A stretch of 64,000 nt of DNA, from assembly GCA_045632845.1 (NCBI GenBank), contig JAZQXL010000020.1, positions 99,386 through 163,385 on the forward strand, in the 5' to 3' direction. A program made the translations under genes and the position numbers. Shown here piece after piece: positions 52,162-62,250 of this stretch. The stretch's first letter is position 1, and the number at the start of each line of letters is the position of its first letter. Under the pieces are notes generated by a model, which saw only the letters and a list, made by a program, of their open reading frames with translations, was not told the origin of the DNA and did no database searches. This DNA is from Alphaproteobacteria bacterium. GTDB taxonomy: Bacteria; Pseudomonadota; Alphaproteobacteria; CAAHEQ01; UBA3637.

Positions 52162-53463
52162 CTATATATCCTTAAACAAATTGATTTGATGTGATTCTGG
52201 GGTAATTTTTTTCTTTTTCACGGATGTTGATGTTATTGATTTATTTGTTGGTGAAACAAGAACATTTTTATCTGAAAATTTGATAAAGAAATTTTCTTTT
52301 GTTTCAGCTATTGTCCCTGAAGTGATAACTTTTCCATCTGTATCTGTTACTAAAGAGAAGCCTCTTTTTAAAATTTCATTATATGAATAAGAAGATAGTA
52401 ATTTTGATACAAAAAATAATTTATTTTCAGTTGTTGTGAAGAATGTTTTTAATGCATTTTTGAACCGTTCGGTCTTGTCATCCAATTTTTCAAAAAACAA
52501 ATTGATTAATTCATTTAATTTTGGCATAGACCTTGATAATGATTCTAATTTTAATTTACTTTCATTCAAAAAACGGTATAACGCATCTATATTTCTGGAA
52601 GAAAGCTGTGTTAATGTAGAAATCAACTCACTTCGAACAGGTACGGCTTTTTCAGCAGCACCTGTTGGTGTTGGAGCTCTTAAATCTGATGCAAAATCAA
52701 TTAAAGTTGTATCTGTTTCATGTCCAACAGCGGAGATGATTGGAATTTTTGAAGCAGCCGTTGCTCTTACGACAATTTCTTCATTAAAACACCATAAATC
52801 TTCAAAACTACCGCCCCCTCTTGCAACAATGAGAACATCAGGTTTTTTAATATGTTTATTTTTAAGTGTAAGACCTTCTTTTGGAATATTATTAAAACCA
52901 TTAATAGCGGCCGCTATTTGTTCTGCAGCGCCCTCGCCCTGCACAAGAACCGGCCATAAATAAACTTCTCTTGGAAAGCGTTCATTTAACCTGTGCATAA
53001 TATCTCTTATTACAGCGCCACTTGGGCTTGTAACAACACCAATAGTTTCTGGAAGATAAGGTATTTTTTTCTTTTTAGAAGCATCAAAAAGACCTTCTTT
53101 TTCGAGTTTTTCTTTTCGTTCTGCCAGCAATTTTAACAAAGCGCCAATACCTGCAGGCTCAGCTTTATCAACAATCATTTGATAATTTGATCGACCCGGG
53201 TATGTGGATAACTTTCCTGTACAGACAATTTCTAAACCATTTTCAAGTGATGCTAATGTTGTTTTATCTCGTCCACGCCAACAAACAGCTGATAAAACAG
53301 AATCGTTGTCTTTTAGTGAAAAATAAATATGTCCAGAGGGAGCTTTTTTAACACCTACAACCTCACCTTTAACCCGAATATCGCTAAAAACTTGTTCAAC
53401 ACAGCTTTTAAGTGAAAGAGATATTTCTGTAACTGATAAAATTGGTTTGTTTTCTATTTCCAT
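52162..53463 (-). CDS. xseA: Exodeoxyribonuclease VII large subunit
   Basis: OB-fold N-terminus LSVTEISLSLKSCVEQVFSDIRVKGEV. ARGGGSFEDLWCFNEE motif. Confidence 0.88.
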   Translation of the reverse strand: MEIENKPILSVTEISLSLKSCVEQVFSDIRVKGEVVGVKKAPSGHIYFSLKDNDSVLSAVCWRGRDKTTLASLENGLEIVCTGKLSTYPGRSNYQMIVDKAEPAGIGALLKLLAERKEKLEKEGLFDASKKKKIPYLPETIGVVTSPSGAVIRDIMHRLNERFPREVYLWPVLVQGEGAAEQIAAAINGFNNIPKEGLTLKNKHIKKPDVLIVARGGGSFEDLWCFNEEIVVRATAASKIPIISAVGHETDTTLIDFASDLRAPTPTGAAEKAVPVRSELISTLTQLSSRNIDALYRFLNESKLKLESLSRSMPKLNELINLFFEKLDDKTERFKNALKTFFTTTENKLFFVSKLLSSYSYNEILKRGFSLVTDTDGKVITSGTIAETKENFFIKFSDKNVLVSPTNKSITSTSVKKKKITPESHQINLFKDI

Positions 53464-53924
53464 TATTGTTTCCGTTTTGCTTTAAAAAAATCAGTTAAAA
53501 GTTTTCCATTTTCATCAGCATTTATACCGCCTTGAATAACTGGTTTGTGATGTGTTTGTTTGTGTTTAAAAACCTCTGCTCCTTGTAAAATAGCCCCTGT
53601 TTTTGGATCAAATGCACCAAAATAAATAGCATCTAATCGTGCTAATGACAAAGCCCCGGCGCACATAACGCAAGGTTCTAATGTTACAAAAAGAGAATAT
53701 CCCGTCAGTCTTTTGGTTTTTAATTTTTCACAAGCACGTTGAATAGCTAAAATTTCAGCATGCGCTAAAGGGTTTTTTGTTTGTTCAGTTTCGTTATAAG
53801 CTGTGGATATAATTTCGTATGTTTTAGAGTGATACACAACTGCTCCTACAGGAACTTCATCTTCTTTGAAAGCTTTTTGCGCTTGCTCATAAGCTGTTTG
53901 TAAAATCGTTTCGTTTGGTTTCAT
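53463..53924 (-). CDS. tadA: tRNA-specific adenosine deaminase
   Basis: CMP/dCMP deaminase zinc motifs HAEILAI...PCVMCAGAL. Confidence 0.88.
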   Translation of the reverse strand: MKPNETILQTAYEQAQKAFKEDEVPVGAVVYHSKTYEIISTAYNETEQTKNPLAHAEILAIQRACEKLKTKRLTGYSLFVTLEPCVMCAGALSLARLDAIYFGAFDPKTGAILQGAEVFKHKQTHHKPVIQGGINADENGKLLTDFFKAKRKQ

Positions 53925-53967
53925 TTTTTACTTTCATCTTTTTGTTTTTTAATATAATATACTAATT

Positions 53968-54681
53968 ATGACAGAAAAGAAAGAGAGAATTGCAAAAATA
54001 ATGGCTTCTGCGGGATTATGTTCACGTAGAACTGCCGAACAATGGATTTTAGATGGACGTGTTAAGGTAAATGGAGTTGTTCTTGAAACACCAGCATTTA
54101 CCGTTTCATCAACAGATGTCGTTCTGGTTGATGATAAACCTATTGCTCAAAAGCAAGAAACAAGGTTGTGGTGTTATCACAAACCTACTGGGTTGGTTAC
54201 AACACATAAAGATCCACAAGGAAGACCAACAGTTTTTGATTCGTTGCCTAAATATTTACCACGTGTTATTTCGGTTGGTCGTTTAGACTTAAATTCTGAA
54301 GGATTGTTATTATTAACAACTGATGGTGGTTTGGCGCGTGAATTAGAGCACCCATCAAAAGGATGGAAACGTAGATATCGTGTTCGTATTCATGGTGTTT
54401 TAACGCCAGAAATGCAAAAACGCCTTTCCAAAGGGATTACTATTGATGGAATTAGATATGCTCCTTGTGAAACTGTTGTTGAGCAAGTTAAAGGAACAAA
54501 TAGTTGGGTTTCAATTACTCTAACAGAGGGAAAAAACAGAGAAATTCGAAAATTAATGGCTTTCTTTGGATTAGAAGTAACAAGATTGATTCGTGTTTCC
54601 TATGGACCTTTTCAATTAGGTAATTTGGAAAAAGGTGAAGTTCGAGAAGTTTCTAAAAAAATGATGAAAGAATTGTTATGA
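53968..54681 (+). CDS. RsuA-family pseudouridine synthase with S4 domain (RluB-like)
   Basis: S4 RIAKIMASAGLCSRRTAEQWILDGRVKVNG. Catalytic VGRLDLNSEGLLLLT. Confidence 0.82.
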   Translation: MTEKKERIAKIMASAGLCSRRTAEQWILDGRVKVNGVVLETPAFTVSSTDVVLVDDKPIAQKQETRLWCYHKPTGLVTTHKDPQGRPTVFDSLPKYLPRVISVGRLDLNSEGLLLLTTDGGLARELEHPSKGWKRRYRVRIHGVLTPEMQKRLSKGITIDGIRYAPCETVVEQVKGTNSWVSITLTEGKNREIRKLMAFFGLEVTRLIRVSYGPFQLGNLEKGEVREVSKKMMKELL

Positions 54682-55226
54682 GGGTTATTTCTGGGCAATA
54701 TCGTGGCAAAAAATTGTTAGCTGCTGATGAAGAAATCACAAGACCAACCTCTGATCGAGCAAAAGAAGGTCTTTTTAATATTTTAAACAATTATCTTTTG
54801 AAAAATTCAAAATCCTGGCAAGAAATTTTCTTTTGTGATGTTTTTGCTGGTTCTGGTGCGATTGGAATTGAGGCTGTTTCACGTGGAACAAAAAATGTTT
54901 TTCTTTTTGAAAACAATAAGTTAGCATTGAAAATGATCCGTGAAAATTCAAAAGGAATGCCTGTTCAAATCATTGAAACAGATGCTTGTTTTCCTCCAAC
55001 TGCAAAAAACAAAATGGATATTATATTTTTTGATGCCCCTTATGGAAAGGGTTTGTGGCAAAAATCATTGGAGGCTTTTTATAAACAAGGGTGGATAGAT
55101 TCTAACACATTGGTTATTGTTGAAATTGATAAAAAGATAAAAGAAGAAATCCCCTCCTCTTTTATTTGTACAAGGGAGCAAGAATATGGACGTAATTTAT
55201 TTTTGTTCTTACAATTGGGGGATTGA
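54678..55226 (+). CDS. rsmD: 16S rRNA (guanine966-N2)-methyltransferase RsmD
   Basis: MRVISGQYRGKKL...DVFAGSGAIGIEAVSRG...FFDAPY. Confidence 0.85.
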   Translation: MRVISGQYRGKKLLAADEEITRPTSDRAKEGLFNILNNYLLKNSKSWQEIFFCDVFAGSGAIGIEAVSRGTKNVFLFENNKLALKMIRENSKGMPVQIIETDACFPPTAKNKMDIIFFDAPYGKGLWQKSLEAFYKQGWIDSNTLVIVEIDKKIKEEIPSSFICTREQEYGRNLFLFLQLGD

Positions 55227-56713
55227 TGAAAAATGATGCTTTAGAAGATTTTAAAAATATTCTTCAATCAAAATGGGTTATTGCCTTTTTTTTAATGATA
55301 ACATCTTTCTTGTATGATGTTGTTTTATTTTCAAAAAATGGAATGTCATTTTCTTCAACTGTTTATTCAGTTATTCTTGTTGGTTATTATGTTTTTTGGC
55401 TTTTATCGTTGTTTTTAGGAAGAACAGTTACAGTTTTTTTTCTGATAATTAATTTTTTGATGTTTTGTGTTTTAAAAGAATATTATAAATTTCACACACT
55501 TCCATTAAAATTAGATATCATTTTAAGCTTGTATAAAGATGGATTGATCGCGGGGCTAAAAAATACAACATCTCTTTTTGATAGTGTATTTTTCTGCTTT
55601 TTTGTCTGGTTACTTATTCAAATTAAAGTTATATGTAAAAAATCCTTTTATAATATTAAAAAAGCAGGTTTTATTTTAAGTTCATTTCTGATTGTTGGTT
55701 TTTTGTATTGTCGATTTATCATCTGGGGAACAGAAGCTGCTATTCAACTCATCCATCCCAAATTGTTTTTATCTTATCAACAAGGGATGTTATATAAGAT
55801 AAAGTGGCCGATGGAGTTGTTTTTGCCAAAAGACACATATATCAGTCAATTGATATATAATGGGAATGAAGAGTTAAGGTCAAAAATGGCTTTAGATGAT
55901 ATATCTCTTTCCTTTTTACCAAAACATATTTATTTGATTCAAGTTGAAAGTTTAACAACCATTGCTCTTAAAAATATGCCATTTTTCAAACAAATGATAG
56001 AGATTAATTCATCAAAATATTTTGAGGATAAAAACCATGAGCATTGTATTGGGAGTGGAAATACAGATTTTATGATGATGAGTGGTTTTTCATTTGATTG
56101 TGAAAAGGCGCATACTTTGGTTTATTATGCATATCCAACTGAAATCTATCAAAAAGTTAAGCCATTGTCTGCTGTTTTGAAAGATAAAGGATATCAAACT
56201 ATTTTTGTTCATGGATATAAAGGTGATTTTTTTAATAGAAATAAACATTATCCAAAAATGATGTTTGATAAAATTTATTTTCAAGAGAATTTCTCAAAAC
56301 ATATTCCCAAAGGGGAATGGGGTATTGGTGATTATTCTTTGTTAAAAATCATTTCTTCATTAAAAGAAATAGAAAAAACATTTTATTTTATTATTACATC
56401 GGGGATGCATCCTCCCTACGAAATTCCTGAAGAAAAAAACACACAACAATCATTGTTAAGAGATGATGTAAATGCATATTTAAAAGCTGTTTCATTCTTA
56501 GATAACGGCTTAAATGAGTTGTACATTTCGGCTCCAGAAGATAGTTTGTTTATCATATATGGGGATCATAATGTGCCAGATATAAAAGCTTTTGACACAC
56601 CTGTTTTATTGTTTTATAAAGGTAATCAGAATTTAATAATTAAAGGGGATAAAAAAGAAGGGTTCGATGGGACACTTTATTATATCAACTCCCTTTTTGA
56701 TGAAAGGAATTAA
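55223..56713 (+). CDS. Sulfatase/alkaline-phosphatase-superfamily integral membrane protein (phosphoethanolamine/phosphoglycerol transferase- or LtaS-like)
   Basis: Five N-terminal TM helices. Catalytic-domain motifs IQVESLT, GSGNTDFMMMSGF (Thr nucleophile context), HPPYEIPEE, YGDHNVPD. Overlaps rsmD and abuts tkt, indicating an operon. Confidence 0.65.
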   Translation: MMKNDALEDFKNILQSKWVIAFFLMITSFLYDVVLFSKNGMSFSSTVYSVILVGYYVFWLLSLFLGRTVTVFFLIINFLMFCVLKEYYKFHTLPLKLDIILSLYKDGLIAGLKNTTSLFDSVFFCFFVWLLIQIKVICKKSFYNIKKAGFILSSFLIVGFLYCRFIIWGTEAAIQLIHPKLFLSYQQGMLYKIKWPMELFLPKDTYISQLIYNGNEELRSKMALDDISLSFLPKHIYLIQVESLTTIALKNMPFFKQMIEINSSKYFEDKNHEHCIGSGNTDFMMMSGFSFDCEKAHTLVYYAYPTEIYQKVKPLSAVLKDKGYQTIFVHGYKGDFFNRNKHYPKMMFDKIYFQENFSKHIPKGEWGIGDYSLLKIISSLKEIEKTFYFIITSGMHPPYEIPEEKNTQQSLLRDDVNAYLKAVSFLDNGLNELYISAPEDSLFIIYGDHNVPDIKAFDTPVLLFYKGNQNLIIKGDKKEGFDGTLYYINSLFDERN

Positions 56714-56714
56714 A

Positions 56715-58694
56715 ATGAAAGAACATTTATCAAAAATGGCCAATGCGGTTCGTTTTTTATCTGTGGATATGATTGAAAAAGCAAAATCAGGGCATCCAGG
56801 TATGCCTCTTGGAATGGCTGATATTGCAACAGTCTTATGGACAAAGTTTTTAAACATTGATCCATTAAACCCAAATTGGATGAATAGAGATAGATTTATT
56901 CTTTCAAATGGGCATGGATCAGCTCTTTTGTATAGTTTACTCTATTTATCAGGATTTAAAGATGCCTCTTTGGATGAATTAAAACAATTTAGACAACTTG
57001 GCAGTAAAACAGCGGGGCATCCAGAAAAAGGTGTTATGGGTGGTGTTGATTTTTCAACAGGACCGTTGGGGCAAGGTATTGCTGGTGCTGTTGGTATGGC
57101 TTTGGCTGAAAGAATTTTGAATGCAAAATATGGCGATGATTTAATTAATCATAAAACATATGTTTTTGCAGGTGATGGCTGTTTGATGGAAGGGATTTCT
57201 GAAGAGGCAATCGCTTTAGCTGGGCATTTAAATTTGAAAAATCTGATTGTTCTTTGGGATAATAATAAAATCACAATTGATGGATCAACAGATATTACTT
57301 CATCTACCAATATGAAAATGAGATTTGAAGCTAATAATTGGACTGTATTGGCTTGTGATGGTCATAATTTTGAAGAAATTGAAATAGCTTTAAATCAAGC
57401 ACAAAAAGCAGATAAACCAGTCCTTATTGATTGCAAAACAGTCATCGGATATGGTGCTCCAACAAAAGCTGGTAAATCTGCTTCTCACGGTTCCCCTCTT
57501 GGTGTTGAAGAAACTGAAGGTTTAAGAAAAGCATTGGGTTGGGATGAACCTGCTTTTGTCGTTCCTGAAGAAATTTTAAATTTATGGCGTGCATCATTTG
57601 CAAAAGGGGAAGAAAAAAGAATTTTATGGGAAGAAAAATATCAAAATCATCCCTTAAAAGAACAGTTTGATGCACAGCTAGGTTGCAGTGTTACACAAGA
57701 AATAAAAGACTTGTTAATGAATTATAAAAAAGAGCAAGTTGAAAATAAAAAAGCAATGGCAACACGCAAATCTTCTCAACAAGTATTAGATGTATTGATT
57801 CAAAATTGTTCATCTTTAATAAGTGGATCTGCAGATTTGGCGGGGGCTTGTTATACAAAAACATCTACAGCTATACCTGTTTCTGCTCAAAACTACAATG
57901 GAAATTATATCAATTATGGTATTAGAGAACATGTAATGGCTGCTATTATGAATGGTTTGACTGCTCATGGAGGTTTTATTCCTTTGGGTAGTACATTCCT
58001 TTCTTTTGTGGATTATATGAAGCCGGCAATTCGGTTAGCTTGTTTGATGGAAGAAAGAGCAATCTATGTTTTAACACATGATTCTTTAGGTGTGGGTGAA
58101 GATGGACCAACTCATCAACCAATTGAACAATTAGCGTCTTTAAGAGCAACACCAAATTTGAATGTTTTTAGACCTGCTGATAGTGTTGAAATGGCTGAAT
58201 GTTATGAGTTGGCGTTGGAAAATAAATCAACCCCTTCAGTGATTGTTTGTTCAAGACAAGATCTGCCTGTTCTTCGAAAAGATGTTAAAATGAATATGTC
58301 TGCACGAGGAGCTTATGTAATCAGTGATACTGTTGGGGAAAGAGATGTTACTTTAATTGCAACAGGTTCTGAAGTTGCATTGGCTGTTGAAGCTCAACAA
58401 GAGTTGTTGAAAAAAGATATCCACGCAGCTGTTGTTTCAATGCCTTGTCGAGAATTGTTTGAACAACAATCAATTGAATATCAAATGTTTATCATGGGAA
58501 ATGCACCTCATTTGATTATTGAAGCTGCTTCATCTTTTGGTTGGGATAGATTTATTGGAGAAACAGGTGCAATTTTATCAGTTGATGCTTTTGGATGTTC
58601 TGGCCCTGGAAAAGCTGTTTTAGAAAAGTACGGTTTTACAGTATCAAATATTGAAAATATTGTCGAAGAACTTATCTCTTTAAAAGAAGAATAA
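56715..58694 (+). CDS. tkt: Transketolase
   Basis: MANAVRFLSVDMIEKAKSGHPGMPLGMADIATVLW...GDGCLMEGISEEA. 660 aa. Confidence 0.95.
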   Translation: MKEHLSKMANAVRFLSVDMIEKAKSGHPGMPLGMADIATVLWTKFLNIDPLNPNWMNRDRFILSNGHGSALLYSLLYLSGFKDASLDELKQFRQLGSKTAGHPEKGVMGGVDFSTGPLGQGIAGAVGMALAERILNAKYGDDLINHKTYVFAGDGCLMEGISEEAIALAGHLNLKNLIVLWDNNKITIDGSTDITSSTNMKMRFEANNWTVLACDGHNFEEIEIALNQAQKADKPVLIDCKTVIGYGAPTKAGKSASHGSPLGVEETEGLRKALGWDEPAFVVPEEILNLWRASFAKGEEKRILWEEKYQNHPLKEQFDAQLGCSVTQEIKDLLMNYKKEQVENKKAMATRKSSQQVLDVLIQNCSSLISGSADLAGACYTKTSTAIPVSAQNYNGNYINYGIREHVMAAIMNGLTAHGGFIPLGSTFLSFVDYMKPAIRLACLMEERAIYVLTHDSLGVGEDGPTHQPIEQLASLRATPNLNVFRPADSVEMAECYELALENKSTPSVIVCSRQDLPVLRKDVKMNMSARGAYVISDTVGERDVTLIATGSEVALAVEAQQELLKKDIHAAVVSMPCRELFEQQSIEYQMFIMGNAPHLIIEAASSFGWDRFIGETGAILSVDAFGCSGPGKAVLEKYGFTVSNIENIVEELISLKEE

Positions 58695-58719
58695 ATTTCT
58701 TACTTTTAAAGAGGAAAAA

Positions 58720-59649
58720 ATGAATTTAAAACACAAAACAAATATTTGGGTTGAAAATAAATTAATTTCAAAAGAGCAACAAAAAGAAATATTAAAACAA
58801 GAGGATAGGCGGTTTTTGCCGTTTGTCCTCTTAAGTTTTTTGTGGAGTGGAATTTTCTGTTTTTTACTTGGACTGGTTTCTTTCTTAAGAGCGCATTGGT
58901 TTGATATTTCACTTTTAATAAAAACAGGGGTATTTTTAAGCGTTGCAACTATGATTGGAGTGATTCTTTTTTATGCTGTTAAAAATCATAAAAAAACTTT
59001 ATTAGAATTGGCACTTTTTGTTGCTTTTTTGATGATAGGTGGTGGCATTGGATTGTGTGCACAGTTGTTTAATTTGCCGTTAGAAAGTCATCATGGTTTA
59101 TTATTGTGGGCTTTTTTATCATTATTTCTTGCCTATTTAAGCAAAAAAGAGTTTTTGTTTTTGTTATGGATACCTCTTTTTTTAGGGGGATTGTTAGGCT
59201 TTTTAAAATTAGAGCTTTTGCTTCTTTTTTTTGAACAGTCTCCGCTTTTTTCAACAAGTTTATTAGCTGGTATTTTGTTAATTGTTATTTATATGTGTAA
59301 AAACTTTCAAAACAAATACATTTCTGCTTGTTATAAGTGGGCTGTTGCACTTTATATTTGTGTTCTTTTTTTAGGAGATAATGCAATGAAAAGCGCTGTA
59401 GAAGGTTTTGTTTTATTTTTGTTTTTTATGCTGCTTCTTTTATCATTAGCTATTAAAGAAAGACGTGTGTATTTATTTAACACTGTAAGTTTATTTATTA
59501 TTTTTCGACTTGTTTTTTTATATATTGAGTTGTCACATAATCAGCATATTACAGGTGTAAGTTTTTTAAGTTTAGGGGCTGTAATTTTAGGATTAAGTGG
59601 TGTATGGTATTTGTTGGAAAACAAATTAAAACAACTCAAAAAAAGATGA
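58720..59649 (+). CDS. Hypothetical polytopic membrane protein
   Basis: 309 aa, ~8 hydrophobic segments, no motifs. RBS agaggaaaaaa upstream. Confidence 0.55.
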   Translation: MNLKHKTNIWVENKLISKEQQKEILKQEDRRFLPFVLLSFLWSGIFCFLLGLVSFLRAHWFDISLLIKTGVFLSVATMIGVILFYAVKNHKKTLLELALFVAFLMIGGGIGLCAQLFNLPLESHHGLLLWAFLSLFLAYLSKKEFLFLLWIPLFLGGLLGFLKLELLLLFFEQSPLFSTSLLAGILLIVIYMCKNFQNKYISACYKWAVALYICVLFLGDNAMKSAVEGFVLFLFFMLLLLSLAIKERRVYLFNTVSLFIIFRLVFLYIELSHNQHITGVSFLSLGAVILGLSGVWYLLENKLKQLKKR

Positions 59650-59771
59650 ATTTGCTTGATTTGAATTTTGGGTGAATTTGTCAAAAAAATATTGATTTTT
59701 ACCTTGTTTTTTTGTATAAAAACTCTTAAAGAACGTGGAAGTTTTAATTTTTATAAATGAAAGGAAAAAAA

Positions 59772-60836
59772 ATGGCTTTAGTTTCTTTAAGACAATTATT
59801 AGATCACGCTGCAGAATATGGATATGGTATTCCTGCTTTTAACGTGAATAATATGGAACAAGTTTTGGCAATTTTAGCAGCAGCACAAAAAACAGATTCA
59901 CCTGTTATTATTCAAGCAAGTAAAGGTGCAAGAGCTTATGCTAATGATGCTGTTTTAAAACACTTAATGATGGCTGGTGTTGAAATGTACCCAGATTTGC
60001 CAATCTGTGTTCACCAAGACCATGGTTCAAGTCCTGAAGTTTGCTATTCAGCAATGATGAATGGTTTTACATCTGTTATGATGGATGGTTCTTTAACAAC
60101 AGATGGTCAACCAGCTTCACATGAATACAACGCTCAAGTTACAGCTCAAGTTACATCAGTAGCTCACCCTGTTGGTGTTTCTGTTGAAGGTGAATTGGGT
60201 TGCATTGGCTCATTAGAAACAGGTAAAGGTGAAAAAGAAGATGGACATGGTTTTGATGGTGAAATTGATAAATCAAAATTGTTAACAGACCCAGATGATG
60301 CTGTTCGTTTTGTTGAAGAAACACAAGTTGATGCATTGGCTGTTGCTATTGGTACATCTCATGGTGCATATAAATTCACACGTAAACCAGATGGTGCAAT
60401 TTTATCAATTGATACAATCAAAAAAATTCATGAAAAATTGCCTTATACGCATTTGGTTATGCATGGGTCTTCTTCGGTTCCACAAGATTTACAAGATATC
60501 ATTAATGCTTACGGTGGACAAATGCCTCAAACATACGGTGTTCCTGTTGAAGAAATTCAAGAAGCTATCAAACATGGTGTCAGAAAAGTTAATGTTGACA
60601 CAGATTTAAGAATGGCTATGACAGGTGCAATTCGTAAATTGTACACAGAAAAACCAGCAGAATTCGATCCTCGTAAATACTTAAAACCAGCATTAGATGC
60701 AATGCAAAAAGTTTGCGAAGAAAGATACATGCAATTTGGTGCAGCAGGTCATGCTTCAAAAATCAAACCAATTTCATTAGCTGATATGGCAAAACGCTAT
60801 AAATCTGGTGAGTTGGCACCAAAGATTATTAAATAA
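59772..60836 (+). CDS. fba: Fructose-bisphosphate aldolase class II
   Basis: [30 protein letters not shown]... Metal-binding His residues ([15 protein letters not shown]). Confidence 0.92.
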   Translation: MALVSLRQLLDHAAEYGYGIPAFNVNNMEQVLAILAAAQKTDSPVIIQASKGARAYANDAVLKHLMMAGVEMYPDLPICVHQDHGSSPEVCYSAMMNGFTSVMMDGSLTTDGQPASHEYNAQVTAQVTSVAHPVGVSVEGELGCIGSLETGKGEKEDGHGFDGEIDKSKLLTDPDDAVRFVEETQVDALAVAIGTSHGAYKFTRKPDGAILSIDTIKKIHEKLPYTHLVMHGSSSVPQDLQDIINAYGGQMPQTYGVPVEEIQEAIKHGVRKVNVDTDLRMAMTGAIRKLYTEKPAEFDPRKYLKPALDAMQKVCEERYMQFGAAGHASKIKPISLADMAKRYKSGELAPKIIK

Positions 60837-60894
60837 TAAAAAAATGCAAAAGGAAAGGTTTTAAAGCCTTTCCTTTTCTTATTTTGAGGGAAAA

Positions 60895-61542
60895 ATGGTT
60901 TTAATTGCACCAAGTATATTATCTGCTGATTTTGCGTGTTTAGGAAAAGAAGTAAAAGAGATTACTTCTGCAGGCGCTGATTGGGTTCATGTTGATGTTA
61001 TGGATGGCCATTTTGTGCCAAATTTAACATTTGGGGCACCAATTTTAAAAGCGATACGTCCTTATACCTCAATTCCATTTGATGTACATTTAATGATGGA
61101 ATATCCATCAAAATTTATTGCTGATTTTTCAAAAGCAGGTGCTGATTATATAACTGTTCATTTAGAATGTAAGGAAGATATTTCTTATCTTATTTCTTTG
61201 ATTAAAAAAGAGGGTAAAAAAGTAGGTTTATCAATCAAACTCAACACAAAAACTGCAGATTTATTACCATATATTCCAGATATAGATTTGGTTTTAATTA
61301 TGTCTGTTGAGCCAGGATTTGGTGGTCAATCATTTCAAAAAGAGGCGATTAAAAAAATTGCAGATATAAAAGAGTTGATTGGAAAGAAAGATGTATTGGT
61401 TTCCGTTGATGGCGGAATTAATGATTGTACAGCTCCTGCTTGTGTTTGTGCTGGAGTTGATGTGTTGGTTGCGGGAAGTTTTATCTTTAAGAAAAAACCT
61501 TATCGTTTGGCCATACAAAAATTGAAAGGTAGCATAAAATGA
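60895..61542 (+). CDS. rpe: Ribulose-phosphate 3-epimerase
   Basis: IAPSILSADFACLGKEVKEI...HVDVMDGHFVPNLTFG...MSVEPGFGGQSF. Confidence 0.93.
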   Translation: MVLIAPSILSADFACLGKEVKEITSAGADWVHVDVMDGHFVPNLTFGAPILKAIRPYTSIPFDVHLMMEYPSKFIADFSKAGADYITVHLECKEDISYLISLIKKEGKKVGLSIKLNTKTADLLPYIPDIDLVLIMSVEPGFGGQSFQKEAIKKIADIKELIGKKDVLVSVDGGINDCTAPACVCAGVDVLVAGSFIFKKKPYRLAIQKLKGSIK

Positions 61543-62240
61543 CAAAAATAATGATTGTAGAAGATGAGGCTGCATTAACAACCCTTTTGAAATATAATTT
61601 AGAAAAACAAGGGTATGAAACAATCATTGTAATGGATGGCAAAGATGTTATGGCAACAGCTATGCAAGAAAAGCCAGATCTTATTTTATTAGATTGGATG
61701 CTTCCAAATGTTCAAGGAATTGATTTGTGTCGCGAAATTAGACGAACGTATGAATTAAGAAGTACGCCTATTATTATGTTAACAGCGAGGAGTGAAGAAG
61801 CTGATAAAGTAAGAGGGCTTTCATTTGGGGCTGATGATTATATGACAAAGCCCTACTCTATCCCTGAATTGATGGCAAGAATTATGGCCCTTTTAAGACG
61901 TGTTCAAATTGAGGTGCCTCAAGATAATTTATCATATGAAGATTTGACAATGGATTTTGCCAAAAGAAGGGTTATGCGTGGCGATCGACCAGTTCATTTG
62001 GGGCCAACGGAGTTTAGATTACTTCAATATTTGATGGAAAAACCAGGTGTTGTTTTATCTCGTGAAGCATTGTTGAAACTTGTTTGGGGTGGTTCTATTC
62101 ATGTTGAATTAAGAACTGTTGATGTTCACATTAGACGTTTACGCAGAGCTTTAAATGAAGGAGGCGAACCCGATATTGTTCGCACAGTTCGTTCTGCTGG
62201 ATATGCTCTTGATAGTACTGCGAGTGAGGAAGAAGAATAA
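61539..62240 (+). CDS. phoB: Phosphate regulon response regulator PhoB (OmpR family)
   Basis: IMIVEDEAALTTLLKYNLE...LILLDWMLP...IIMLTAR...VRGLSFGADDYMTKPYSIPEL. Winged-helix C-terminus. Confidence 0.8.
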   Translation: MTKIMIVEDEAALTTLLKYNLEKQGYETIIVMDGKDVMATAMQEKPDLILLDWMLPNVQGIDLCREIRRTYELRSTPIIMLTARSEEADKVRGLSFGADDYMTKPYSIPELMARIMALLRRVQIEVPQDNLSYEDLTMDFAKRRVMRGDRPVHLGPTEFRLLQYLMEKPGVVLSREALLKLVWGGSIHVELRTVDVHIRRLRRALNEGGEPDIVRTVRSAGYALDSTASEEEE

Positions 62241-62250
62241 TTATATTGTA

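Noticed and set aside
53195-53210. DnaA-box-like tgtggataa inside xseA
   Set aside because: Isolated and within a coding sequence. Expected by chance in 64 kb of AT-rich DNA, unlike the intergenic cluster at 49160-49570.
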